A stretch of DNA of 60,186 nucleotides, counting the filler. It is 8 parts of 8 records of this genome, joined end to end, with 100 filler letters (N's around TTAATTAATTAA, not from the genome) between each part and the next. Parts side by side here need not be neighbours in the genome. Positions count along the whole stretch, not along the records: positions 31,664 to 36,914 come from SRR31147125_11886; positions 37,015 to 43,861 come from SRR31147125_11912; positions 43,962 to 52,690 come from SRR31147125_11923; 5 more parts are not named here. One strand, given 5' to 3'. How positions within the stretch are numbered: the stretch's first letter is position 1; every line of letters begins with the position of its first letter. Shown here one piece after another: positions 35,283-44,305 of the stretch. Position numbers and translations under genes: made by a program. The notes beneath the pieces were generated by a model. That model saw only the letters and a list, made by a program, of their open reading frames with translations. It had not been told where the DNA came from and ran no database searches.

Positions 35283-35369
35283 AGTTAATATCGCGCATGA
35301 TCAGCGGCGAAAAGCAGAAAACGAAGCAGCGCAGCTATTCACTGTCTGAAGTCCATGCGCTTGTTGTCT
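35283..35369 (-). mobile_element. Integron attC site (degenerate R')
   Basis: Minus strand AGACAAC-AAGCGCATG...CATGCGCGAT-ATTAACT, 87 bp, about 28 nt after the metallopeptidase stop. Confidence 0.7.
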
Positions 35370-35397
35370 CCTCGTCTGTTGTCAGTAACTGGGAGCC

Positions 35398-36488
35398 TTA
35401 GTACAGCATGATTGCACCACTCCCCTGCGCCATTGCGTAGTAGAGCCGCGTTCGTAAAAGGTACTGGCGACCACGATGAAGGCGAGTGACGATCTTGGCG
35501 TTATAGTCAAGACCGCTGTCGTCATCACCATCCATGTATTCTTGTATACCGTCACGTATCTCAAAAAGAACCATAACCGTATCCATCTGACCAAAAGTCT
35601 GGATGGTGTACTCTCTGTTGATAGGAGGGCTTATCATGAAATCAACCTGTTCCCCGGCAGCAATGGTTAACCTTTGCGATTCGTAGGGCCGAAGTTCTGG
35701 TGGGCTTTCTTCCAGTGCAGGGTACAGGCGCCGCACGGTCTCCACATCGAGCGGCGAAAGGCCACTCGCAGGAATCAAAGGATGTGTCTGGTACTCTGAT
35801 GGTTGCTGAATAAGGCCAGCCTCGAACTGGTAATGCATTATCGAATCTTTGTCCCAATCTGACCCGTCCACAGTATTTGCCGAAATCTTGCGGATAATGT
35901 TCCAATACGCTTTATCCCTGGACCAGTAGTTAGGTGGACCACCAAGACTTTCATATACCTTTTCTTCATCCCAGACAATGCCCGCTTGCGGGTTCTGGTG
36001 TTCATGAGGAAAGCCGAGGACATGCCCCAATTCGTGAAGAGCCGTATCACGGCCATATGGGGTAGTCAAATTCCAGCCGTAGTTAGTTGTGCGCTCTGCG
36101 GGGTCTTTGGCATAATCGATACAGTCCCGGCCTACATAGGACCAAGAGCCGTCGGACTGATCAAAACCAATTCTTATCATGGCATCAGCAGCATCACTCA
36201 CTTCCTGAAAAGTCAGCCCTATACCCAATCCCTTCCATTCAGCAAAGGCATCCCGCACAGCCTGTTCCTGTTCACTCCCGCCGCGCCAATTAGCAGGCTC
36301 TTTGAAGAAGAAGTATTTGATATTTGTCCCATTCACCCACATCTTCGCCATCACTACTATAAGGCGGAGCCTGAGACCATCCGTGATGTGGCTGAGGTCA
36401 CGTTCTTGCACCTCGGGCAAGGAACAACAAAGGGACCGACCTTCAGCGGGTGCCTCTGCAAATTCTTTGGATTTCTTTTCCTAGCCAT
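35398..36488 (-). CDS. M12/astacin-like metallopeptidase with C-terminal PPC-like domain (frameshift near start)
   Basis: HELGHVLGFPHEH, Met-turn SIMHY, GSWSYVG, C-terminal DDDSG motif. RBS AGGAG before ATG 36488. Confidence 0.9.
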
Positions 36489-36840
36489 CGTTGCTCTCCT
36501 TTCTCTTTCTGAAGCTATTAAGTATTTATGCAGCTTTAAGATAACAAAATGACATAGTCTTCATTGGTATTTTAAATATCTCCCACAAAAAGCTTATCAA
36601 GATAAAATGATAACTCCACTTTTAAAATAGATTTATGGAAATAGGCCCCAGTTTAAGAAACTTCTGATCCAAAAGGACGTTTGGGGTACTGGAGGGATTA
36701 TTACAAACCCTGGCTTATAAGAATTTTGATCAGGGCCGGCTGGAACTAAAACCTCAAAAATGGCAAATGGCCCCACCATTTTCTGGTAAGGCCATTTTCG
36801 TGTCTGATTGATAGTAACATTTAAGAACGTTTTTCTGCCG

Positions 36841-36914
36841 CCTCAACGTTTGAGCTACACGGTTTGAGCGCGTCGTTTTCAGCGATTTTAGCAGGACGTT
36901 GAAAAACTAGCCTG
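36841..36914 (-). mobile_element. Right half of an attC-like site cut off by a probable IS terminus at the contig end
   Basis: Minus strand ...CCGTGTAGCTCAAAC-GTTGAGG. Plus strand GCAGGACGTTGAAAAAC resembles IS1182/IS5-type ends (from memory). Confidence 0.4.
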
Positions 36915-37045
36915 NNNNNNNNNNNNNNNNNNNNNNNNNNNNNNNNNNNNNNNNNNNNTTAATTAATTAANNNNNNNNNNNNNNNNNNNNNNNNNNNNNN
37001 NNNNNNNNNNNNNNGGGGCGAAAAGGGGCAGATGGAAAACGTCTG

Positions 37046-37192
37046 TTGACAAAACCGCAGGATAAAGCTTGAATAAAGCATTGTTAATTCTTTCATTTTG
37101 CTCAGAGGGGGGCTTTGTGAAAAGAGACATTTACGAGAAACATCTGTAAGTCGTCGAACCGGTATGAAGCTGGTTGGCGGCTTTTTTTGTTT
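37046..37192 (+). promoter_or_regulatory. Promoter, short leader ORF and intrinsic terminator
   Basis: TTGACA at 37046, GTG-KRDIYEKHL-stop, then hairpin AAGTCGTC.AACCGG...CTGGTTGGCGGC-TTTTTT. Confidence 0.45.
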
Positions 37193-37218
37193 TAGGGATG
37201 AATGTTGGTGAGGAGGAT

Positions 37219-37287
37219 ATGACAATCAGGGGACATGAGGATGTGAGCACCACGATGATCTACACGCATGTTCTTAACAAAGTCTGA
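37219..37287 (+). pseudogene. intI: Integron integrase C-terminal remnant
   Basis: Translates as MTIRGHEDVSTTMIYTHVLNKV*. GHxDVSTTMIYTHVLN is the IntI box II with the catalytic Tyr. Confidence 0.82.
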
Positions 37288-37389
37288 AAAGTTAATACGC
37301 CTGCAATATGTTGGAATATATGGTAAAAATAGATTCATCGGCAATTCGGTCGAGAATCTTATACAGCTTGGACTTTCTGTGTTAAATGG

Positions 37390-37422
37390 TAGATGAAGAT
37401 CCGTCCATTTATAGTTATGTTC
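37390..37422 (+). mobile_element. Candidate attI core site
   Basis: GTTATGTTC at 37414 matches the reverse complement of GAACATAGC at the end of cassette 1 at 8 of 9 positions. Confidence 0.6.
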
Positions 37423-37432
37423 TGGAATCAAT

Positions 37433-37981
37433 ATGGACAGAGAAATTATTTTGAGACGTGCCTGTCTAAAGTGCGTGGATTATTCTAGACAGATTATATA
37501 TCACAGAGAAATGCTGCCCTATGTCGACAAATTGAAAGTTAATTACTGGATATATATTTTCAACAATTTCATTGATATGGCAGTGCTCGACTGGTGTCAT
37601 CTTTTTGGAAATCACGACGATGATCTCCATTGGCGTAAAGTGGTTACGGATACAGATACTTTTAAAAATGACCTTCTGCGATCTCTTGAGATTGGCGAAG
37701 ATCAATGGCAAGAGTACTGGACAACCATGAAGGATTATAGAGACAAAGACGTTGCCCACCTAGAGGTTAGGCCATCAACAGTTGTGCCGGATATGGATAT
37801 AGGGATTCAGTCTGTAGGGTTCTATTACAATTGGATAATTCCTGAATTAAAAGGCTTTGGAGGGTACGATATATTCCTCGATAACCTGTTCAATTATTTT
37901 GAGAGAGTGCACCAAAACACTCAAAAATTTGTAAATGAGCATCTACAGGGACTTTTTGACTTGAGGGTGGTTGCGGACTGA
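37433..37981 (+). CDS. Gene cassette 1: HEPN-like (AbiU2-type) protein
   Basis: Helical 182-aa protein with R-x5-H (YRDKDVAH), bounded by a GTT core and attC. Confidence 0.65.
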   Translation: MDREIILRRACLKCVDYSRQIIYHREMLPYVDKLKVNYWIYIFNNFIDMAVLDWCHLFGNHDDDLHWRKVVTDTDTFKNDLLRSLEIGEDQWQEYWTTMKDYRDKDVAHLEVRPSTVVPDMDIGIQSVGFYYNWIIPELKGFGGYDIFLDNLFNYFERVHQNTQKFVNEHLQGLFDLRVVAD

Positions 37982-38100
37982 ACATAGCCATTTAATCAAC
38001 CGGACGGAAAATACGTCTGCTTTTGGCCAAAAAACAAAATCTAAAATTGCGGTGGTGGCCAATACTTCGCGTCGCCGCCGGTTATCGTGAACCGTTGTGC
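37982..38100 (+). mobile_element. attC site 1
   Basis: ACATAGC-CATTTAATCAACCGGACGG...CGCCGCCGGTTATCGTGAACC-GTTGTGC. Confidence 0.85.
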
Positions 38101-38102
38101 CA

Positions 38103-38959
38103 ATGATCATATCAATAAGAGACAAGAATGTAAGAAAAGCTGTCTATCGTGCCTTCAAAGGCCAATGCTTTTATACCGGCCGCCCTGTCCGCGAAGAAGA
38201 GATGGTCATAGACCATCTAATTCCGGTTTCCAAAGGAGGAAGAGACTCGTTTGATAATTACGTTCTCACCTTTGGGGATCTGAATGCTGGCAAGAGTAAC
38301 AAGCTTAATGCTGGACTTGAACGCATGGCATGGACTGTGAAGGAGATATACGCACCCCGATCAGAAAAACTTTATAAAAAGTTCTCTTCGAAGATCAGAT
38401 CAGACTTTAAGTTATTTATTGATGATGAAGAGATCGACTTTAAATTAGAGAAATTCTCATCGCGGTCAAGGCCACCTCAAAACTTGGTTCACTTAAAGAC
38501 CGAGCACTTATTCTGGATCAAAGATAACGGCATCAAGATATATTCAACTCAGGATTACGAATACAGTGAAATATTTGAGTCATTTGTCTTTTTACGTGAA
38601 GACCTTGAGGAGTTTGAGGAAGATGGGACCGATTTTTTTATCAACAGCACGCCAACTGATGATCAAATTAATTTACTGAAATCACTGTGGTATGAAGTGG
38701 GTGGAGGTTTTTTCGGCCAATACTCAAAATTGAAGAAACGGACAACTCATTCTACCGACTTTCAAATATCTATTTTTCAAAAAAGTACATTGCGTTTCTT
38801 AAATGGCGTAAAGAGACGGCAGATGTGCTGGAAGCTATATTTGAAACTGAAAACGAAAATGTCTATGAGAAAGCGCTCGGGCTTTTTTGCAGCATATATC
38901 CTCAACCAGATTATACGTCAAGCAATGTACAACAACAAAATCAACCGGACGGAAAATAG
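38103..38959 (+). CDS. Gene cassette 2: HNH endonuclease domain protein (frameshift near 38710)
   Basis: CFYTG...[18 protein letters not shown]...N..KSNK. ATG lies 2 nt after attC1. Confidence 0.85.
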
Positions 38960-39033
38960 CTTTGGTTTGTATTCGTAAAAGTTCGGTGGGTTGCGAAGGC
39001 TGCAGCGCCGCCGCTTATCAAGAACCGCTATCC
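38927..39033 (+). mobile_element. attC site 2
   Basis: GTACAAC-AACAAAATCAACCGGACGGAAAATA...CGCCGCCGCTTATCAAGAACC-GCTATCC, with arms homologous to attC1. Confidence 0.85.
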
Positions 39034-40384
39034 CTTTAACCTTTTCTCGCCGTGGTTGTGTTGCCGCCACGGCGTGTCCTGTTGTTTCCTTTTGCGGCAC
39101 AGTTCTCCTGCAATTGGCTGCGCTGATGCCGTTTTTTACCTGGCCTGTTGCGCTCGGAGGATGCTTTCCTTTCCCCGGTAAGATCTTTTTCACCTTTGGT
39201 TTCTTCGGTTTTTTCGGTCGTGCCTTGGTCTGTCGGGTCAGTGGGACTTTATGATTGGGGACAAAGCCGGTTTCCACTTCACGTGTCAACGTTTGTTTTG
39301 TCAGTGACTCAATGGCGGCCAGTAGTTTGGCCTCATCAGCACTGACCAGAGAAATTCCTTGCCCTTCAGACCCTGCACGTCCTGTGCGACCGATACGGTG
39401 GATATAGTCTTCGGCGATTTTCGGCAGGTCAAAATTGATGACGTGGGGGAGTTCATCGATATCAAGGCCACGGGCGGCAATGTCTGTGGCAACCAGAATA
39501 CGGGTGCGATTTGTTTTGAAATCCTTTAAGGCGCGACTCCGTAAGCCTTGGCTCTTGTCACCATGAATGGCAACGGCCGAAAGGTTTTCGCTTTTTAAGT
39601 GGCGCACCAAGGTGTCAGCACCTTTTTTGGTCTTGGTGAAAACGAGTACTTGCGACCAATCTTTCGTGCGGATCAAATGGCTGAGCAGGGCCGGTTTTTT
39701 ACCCTTATCAACTTCGTAGACCCATTGTTTGATACTTTTAGCGGTTGAATTACGTGGACTGATATCGATCTTGAGTGGATTGTTCAGCAGCGTTTTTGTC
39801 AGTGCGCGAATGTCGTCAGAGAAGGTGGCTGAAAAGAGCAGGTTTTGTCGCTTCCGTGGAAGCAGGGTCATGATTTTATTGATTTCATCACGGAACCCCA
39901 TATCGAGCATACGATCCGCTTCATCGAGAACCAGAGTTTCAAGCTGAGTAAACTTGATGGCATTTTGATTGGCGAGATCAATCAAGCGGCCCGGTGTTGC
40001 CACGAGCAAGTCAACTCCGCTGCGCAGTTTCATCATTTGTGGGTTGATCTTTACGCCACCATAAACCACGCAAGATTTCAGCGGCAGATGTTTGCTGTAA
40101 GTGGCGATATTTTGGGCGACCTGAACCGCCAGTTCGCGGGTTGGCGCGAGCACGAGAACGCGCACCTGATTCGATTTGACTTGAGAGCCGTCCGTTAAGC
40201 GTTGCAGTAATGGCAGAATGAAACTGGCGGTTTTGCCGGTTCCCGTCTGTGCTGCAGCCATCAGGTCTTTGCCATCCAGAATTGCAGGAATTGCTTTGCT
40301 TTGAATCGGTGTCGGTTTGCTGTAGCCACTTTCATTGATCGCGCGCAGGAGCGGTTCAGAAAGTTTGAGAGATGCAAAGGACAT
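39030..40384 (-). CDS. rhlE: DEAD-box RNA helicase RhlE-like (3' end uncertain)
   Basis: [15 protein letters not shown] and HRIGRTGR. Confidence 0.92.
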
Positions 40385-40425
40385 AGGTTATTTCTCGCTC
40401 CTGTTGATCACGGATGGTCTCTGGC

Positions 40426-40971
40426 TCACGCCTGTGTTTTTCTGACGACTGGTGAAATACTGCAATCGCGTTCGCCGTTATTCAGCCAGATCTCTCCGTC
40501 CTGGATGGTGCACTGCAATTGCATGGAGCGCTTGACCAGTGTGCTTAATGTTGTGCTTGCCTCTTCGGGGATTTCAATGACATTCAGGTTGTTATGGCGG
40601 CTCAGTTTGTCACTGATCTTTTGCCACCACAGGCCTGCCCCACGACCACCATAGCTATACAGGTAAACCTGTTCTGCACGACTGCACGCTTTGCGCACGC
40701 GGCGTTCATCGGGCAGGCCGACATCGATCCACAGTTCAATCTCATTCGCCAGACTCATTTGCCACAGGTCAGGCTGGTCATCGACACATAAGCCTTTGGT
40801 AAAGGACAGGTGTTCGTCAGCATGCAAAGCAAAAGCGAGCAGGCGTACCATCATGCGTTCATCGGTCTCCGACGGATGCCGCGCCAAGGTTAATTGATAG
40901 TCAGCGTAATGGTTCCGATCCATATCTGAAACCTGTAGAGCCGCTTTGAAGATGGTGGCAGTCAGAGCCAT
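40426..40971 (-). CDS. yaeQ: YaeQ family protein
   Basis: MALTATIFKA...ARHPSETDERMMVRLLAF. Confidence 0.95.
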   Translation of the reverse strand: MALTATIFKAALQVSDMDRNHYADYQLTLARHPSETDERMMVRLLAFALHADEHLSFTKGLCVDDQPDLWQMSLANEIELWIDVGLPDERRVRKACSRAEQVYLYSYGGRGAGLWWQKISDKLSRHNNLNVIEIPEEASTTLSTLVKRSMQLQCTIQDGEIWLNNGERDCSISPVVRKTQA

Positions 40972-40994
40972 GAAATAACCTTAAAAATGTGACA

Positions 40995-41486
40995 TCAAGG
41001 ATTGGTTCCTCGCAGCGCTTTGCGCAGGGAATCTCTAGATGCTTTGTCAACGAGGCTGAACAGGTGGTCGATCTCGTTTTTCTGTTTTGAGGGCCTATGT
41101 CCGCTGGCTTTAACCAGTTTGATATCCATGTGATCGCTCAGGCGATAGAACTCCCGGTAGAGGTGGCCATTGTTGAGACGACGTTGGCTCTTGGCGCGAA
41201 AACCGTTCTCTTCTAAACGTTCCCGTCTGCCGGGAAGGCCGATAATCGTTTGTGAATCGGTATAGACCGTCAGTGAGTGCTCTACAGGTTGAATATCGAT
41301 CAGTGCCCAAAGCAGCATTTGCAGTTCAAGTTTGCTCGAAGAGGTCTGCTCAAAGCGTTTTACAACAACCTGCGTCGCCAGTTTGTGTGGGGACTGTTCT
41401 GCCGAGGTGACAAGAAGGTAGGCTCCATAGCCAACCTGAGACAGGTTGTCGACACTCCCATCGGTGAAAAGCAGCAGCTCATCCAA
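40995..41486 (-). CDS. Ribonuclease H-like protein
   Basis: LFTDGS, KLE, YTDSQ and GH...VD acidic motif set. Confidence 0.8.
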   Translation of the reverse strand: MDELLLFTDGSVDNLSQVGYGAYLLVTSAEQSPHKLATQVVVKRFEQTSSSKLELQMLLWALIDIQPVEHSLTVYTDSQTIIGLPGRRERLEENGFRAKSQRRLNNGHLYREFYRLSDHMDIKLVKASGHRPSKQKNEIDHLFSLVDKASRDSLRKALRGTNP

Positions 41487-41665
41487 GGATCAGCCGTTCT
41501 TTTGGGTGGCACCGAGCAATGGAACATGGCTCTGTTGTTCGGTCATTGTTTTCGCCCCTGTTGCGTCTTTCTCTTTATTGAAGACCACTGACGGAGGGAC
41601 TATAGATGATTGTAGGAAATGTTACAAAACTATCTTTGACGGTCGGGTTTTCCTGTTGCTGTGAC

Positions 41666-42286
41666 TTATCCGACCATGGCAGTGACCTTTGGCCACAGCA
41701 GGGTCGCGGCGATTCCCCACATGGTCAGGCAGACGAAGCCGTCAAGGCAACGCCAGGCAATCGGCTTGCGGAACAGGGGTGCGAGAAGCCCGGCCCCGAG
41801 GCTGAGGCTGAAGAACCAGACGAAGGATGCGCTGACCGCTCCGGCCCCAAACAGGTAGCGTTCATTGCCTCCCAGATCACCACTTAAAGAGCCGATCAGG
41901 ACCAATGTATCCAGGTAGATGTGGGGGTTGAGGAAAGTAAACGTCAGGGTCGCCAGCAACAGCTTCCTGCGGGTTGGAACTTTAACGTCGTTCAGTTCCA
42001 TCGTCTGATCGACGAAGGCAGAGCGGAAGGATCGCCAGCCGTAAAACAGCAGGAACAGGGCCGCAAAGAGTGTCATCCATTGACCGGCAGCAGGATTGTT
42101 GGCGATGAAAGCACCAACCCCGGTAATGCCAAGCAGAATCAGGAGGGCGTCGCTGAGCCCACACACCAGAGCCGTCTGGATTGGATAGTGACGTTTGATG
42201 CCCTGTGACAGGACGAACGCGTTCTGCGCGCCAATGGCGATGATCAATCCTGCCCCGATTCCGAATCCCTGAAAATATGCCCACAT
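41666..42286 (-). CDS. argO: LysE/ArgO amino acid exporter
   Basis: IAIGAQNAFVL and LNPHIYLDT. Confidence 0.92.
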   Translation of the reverse strand: MWAYFQGFGIGAGLIIAIGAQNAFVLSQGIKRHYPIQTALVCGLSDALLILLGITGVGAFIANNPAAGQWMTLFAALFLLFYGWRSFRSAFVDQTMELNDVKVPTRRKLLLATLTFTFLNPHIYLDTLVLIGSLSGDLGGNERYLFGAGAVSASFVWFFSLSLGAGLLAPLFRKPIAWRCLDGFVCLTMWGIAATLLWPKVTAMVG

Positions 42287-42385
42287 CTGTTTGTAACTCC
42301 CGAAATCAATTCTGTTTTGCATGTCTGACCGGGGCCAGAATAGAGAGCGGAACATCGAAAGTAAAATTAATTGTTTTTGTTATAC

Positions 42386-42400
42386 ATTAGTGCTGCTAAT
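42386..42400. promoter_or_regulatory. LysR (ArgP) binding site
   Basis: ATTAG-N5-CTAAT (T-N11-A) between the divergent argO and argP genes. Confidence 0.65.
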
Positions 42401-42408
42401 ATAAGGGT

Positions 42409-43305
42409 ATGTTTGATTACAAATTGATCGAAGCACTGGGAAAGGTCATCCAGGAGGGTGGCTTTGAACGGGCCGCCAAAGCGCTGTTTTTGACTCAGTC
42501 TGCTGTGTCACAGAGGGTCAGGCAGCTGGAGGACCAGTGTGGCCAGCTGTTGCTGACGCGAAGCTCACCGCCGCAACCGACCGCCGCAGGCAAAGCGTTA
42601 TTGAAGCACTTTCAGCAGGTCAGCTTGCTGGAAGAAGGGCTGAAGCAGGATCTGATGGCAGCCGATGAGGATGACACTCTGCCGACCATTGCCATCGGGA
42701 TTAATGCGGATAGTCTGGCGTTCTGGTTTATGGATGCGCTGGAACCTGTCTTTGCTCGGATGAATGTTCTGGTCGATCTGCGTGTTGATGATCAGGAGCA
42801 GACCCACAACTATCTGCGTGATGGAGATGTTGTTGGCTGCATCAGTAATGAGCCGAAAGCGATGCAAGGGTGTCGCGTCGAGCTTCTGGGGAAGATGCAG
42901 TATCGTCTGTTGGCAACACCGGATTTTGCGCAGCGCTGGTTTCCGCAGGGTTTGACCGCGGAGAGTGTTCAAAAAGCACCGGCCGTTCTGTTTAATCGTA
43001 AAGATCGTTTGCATGTTCAATTTCTGGAGACTCACCTTGGACTTCAGAGACCCTCTTTCCCATCTCATTACCTTCCCTCACCCGACCCCTTCGCTCAATT
43101 GATTACGAAGGGATTCAGTTACGGCATGATTCCAGACTGGCAGGGGCGTGCCCTTCTTGCCAATGGCGAGCTGATTGAGTTGATTCCTGGAGCCACTGTG
43201 ACGGTTGAATTGTTCTGGCATTGCTGGAACTTAACGGCGGCTCCTCTTGATGCCCTCTCTCAGCAACTGGTCTCTGGAGCAAAGGCGTGTCTGAATAATA
43301 ATTAA
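42409..43305 (+). CDS. argP: LysR family regulator ArgP
   Basis: FERAA..LFLTQSAVSQR and NADSL. Confidence 0.93.
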   Translation: MFDYKLIEALGKVIQEGGFERAAKALFLTQSAVSQRVRQLEDQCGQLLLTRSSPPQPTAAGKALLKHFQQVSLLEEGLKQDLMAADEDDTLPTIAIGINADSLAFWFMDALEPVFARMNVLVDLRVDDQEQTHNYLRDGDVVGCISNEPKAMQGCRVELLGKMQYRLLATPDFAQRWFPQGLTAESVQKAPAVLFNRKDRLHVQFLETHLGLQRPSFPSHYLPSPDPFAQLITKGFSYGMIPDWQGRALLANGELIELIPGATVTVELFWHCWNLTAAPLDALSQQLVSGAKACLNNN

Positions 43306-43392
43306 CATTAACTAAATAAGTGTTTACTAATTATTAATCTTATCTTATAATTGTCTTCCGTTTGTATAAAGTCCCTTTTGGGTGAGGACATT

Positions 43393-43861
43393 ATGAACAA
43401 GATCATCGGGTTTATTCTTTTCCTGATATTTTACGCCTGGTCGGTGACGGCTCATTCTGAGCCTGCGCGAGCCACAGGACATGTTCATGATCTGCTGACC
43501 GGGGAACGCCTCAGCGGGGTTGAAATACAGAGTTCTGAAGAGATCGTCCTGACTGACGCAAACGGTTCCTTTGATCTACTCAGCGATGATGGTCAATTGA
43601 TCGCGCGGCGCCCCGGCTATCGTCCTTTCGTCTTCAAAAATGACTTCCCTGTCCAACTGGCGTTGGAGCCGATTGATCCGAGGGCCCTTTATCTGTCTTA
43701 CTGGGCGGCGGACAGTCGCGATCTGCGGAACCATTTGACAGGTCTGATCCATGAGACCGGTATGAACGCCCTGGTTATTGATCTGAAATCGGTCAGAGGC
43801 GATATCTCTTTCCGAAGTCAGACCTCTCTGGCGCAGAAAGTGGGAGCCCAGAGAGTGCGCA
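43393..43861 (+). CDS. Secreted putative glycoside hydrolase (DUF4015-like), partial
   Basis: Signal peptide, carboxypeptidase-regulatory-like N-domain, RALYLSYW...NALVIDLK. Confidence 0.6.
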
Positions 43862-43961
43862 NNNNNNNNNNNNNNNNNNNNNNNNNNNNNNNNNNNNNNN
43901 NNNNNTTAATTAATTAANNNNNNNNNNNNNNNNNNNNNNNNNNNNNNNNNNNNNNNNNNNN

Positions 43962-44243
43962 AAAGGAAACTGGAAATTGGTACTTCCGCACAGTTGGCAA
44001 TCGTACAATACAGCTCCCGGAAATGATGGTTATGGTGGTAAACGGATAAAAAAAGATGTTGAATCGCCCGAATTGTACAACATGATGCGCGACCCCGGAG
44101 AACAATTTAATGTAATCGATTCCTACCCTGAAAAAGTGGAGGAACTAATGAAAGTAGTTGAAGTTGCCCGTGCCGAACTTGGTGATTTGAATGTTGGAAT
44201 TGAAAAAGGGACAGGGAATCGCGAAATAGGAAAATTAGATTAG
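43962..44243 (+). CDS. Sulfatase C-terminus (partial)
   Basis: WKLVLPH...ELYNM.RDPGE. Confidence 0.8.
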   Translation, partial: KGNWKLVLPHSWQSYNTAPGNDGYGGKRIKKDVESPELYNMMRDPGEQFNVIDSYPEKVEELMKVVEVARAELGDLNVGIEKGTGNREIGKLD

Positions 44244-44305
44244 CCTGTGAACTAAAACAAATATCGTTTCAGAAAGAAATACCACAACCAATAAAACAAC
44301 AGATT

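Noticed and set aside
34863-36831. Hairpin repeats or attC sites as a CRISPR array
   Set aside because: The copies are diverged and hundreds of bases apart, and there are no cas genes.
38918-39030. rhlE C-terminal extension overlapping the HNH cassette
   Set aside because: The extension reads through the attC and probably results from a frameshift in the low-complexity tail.
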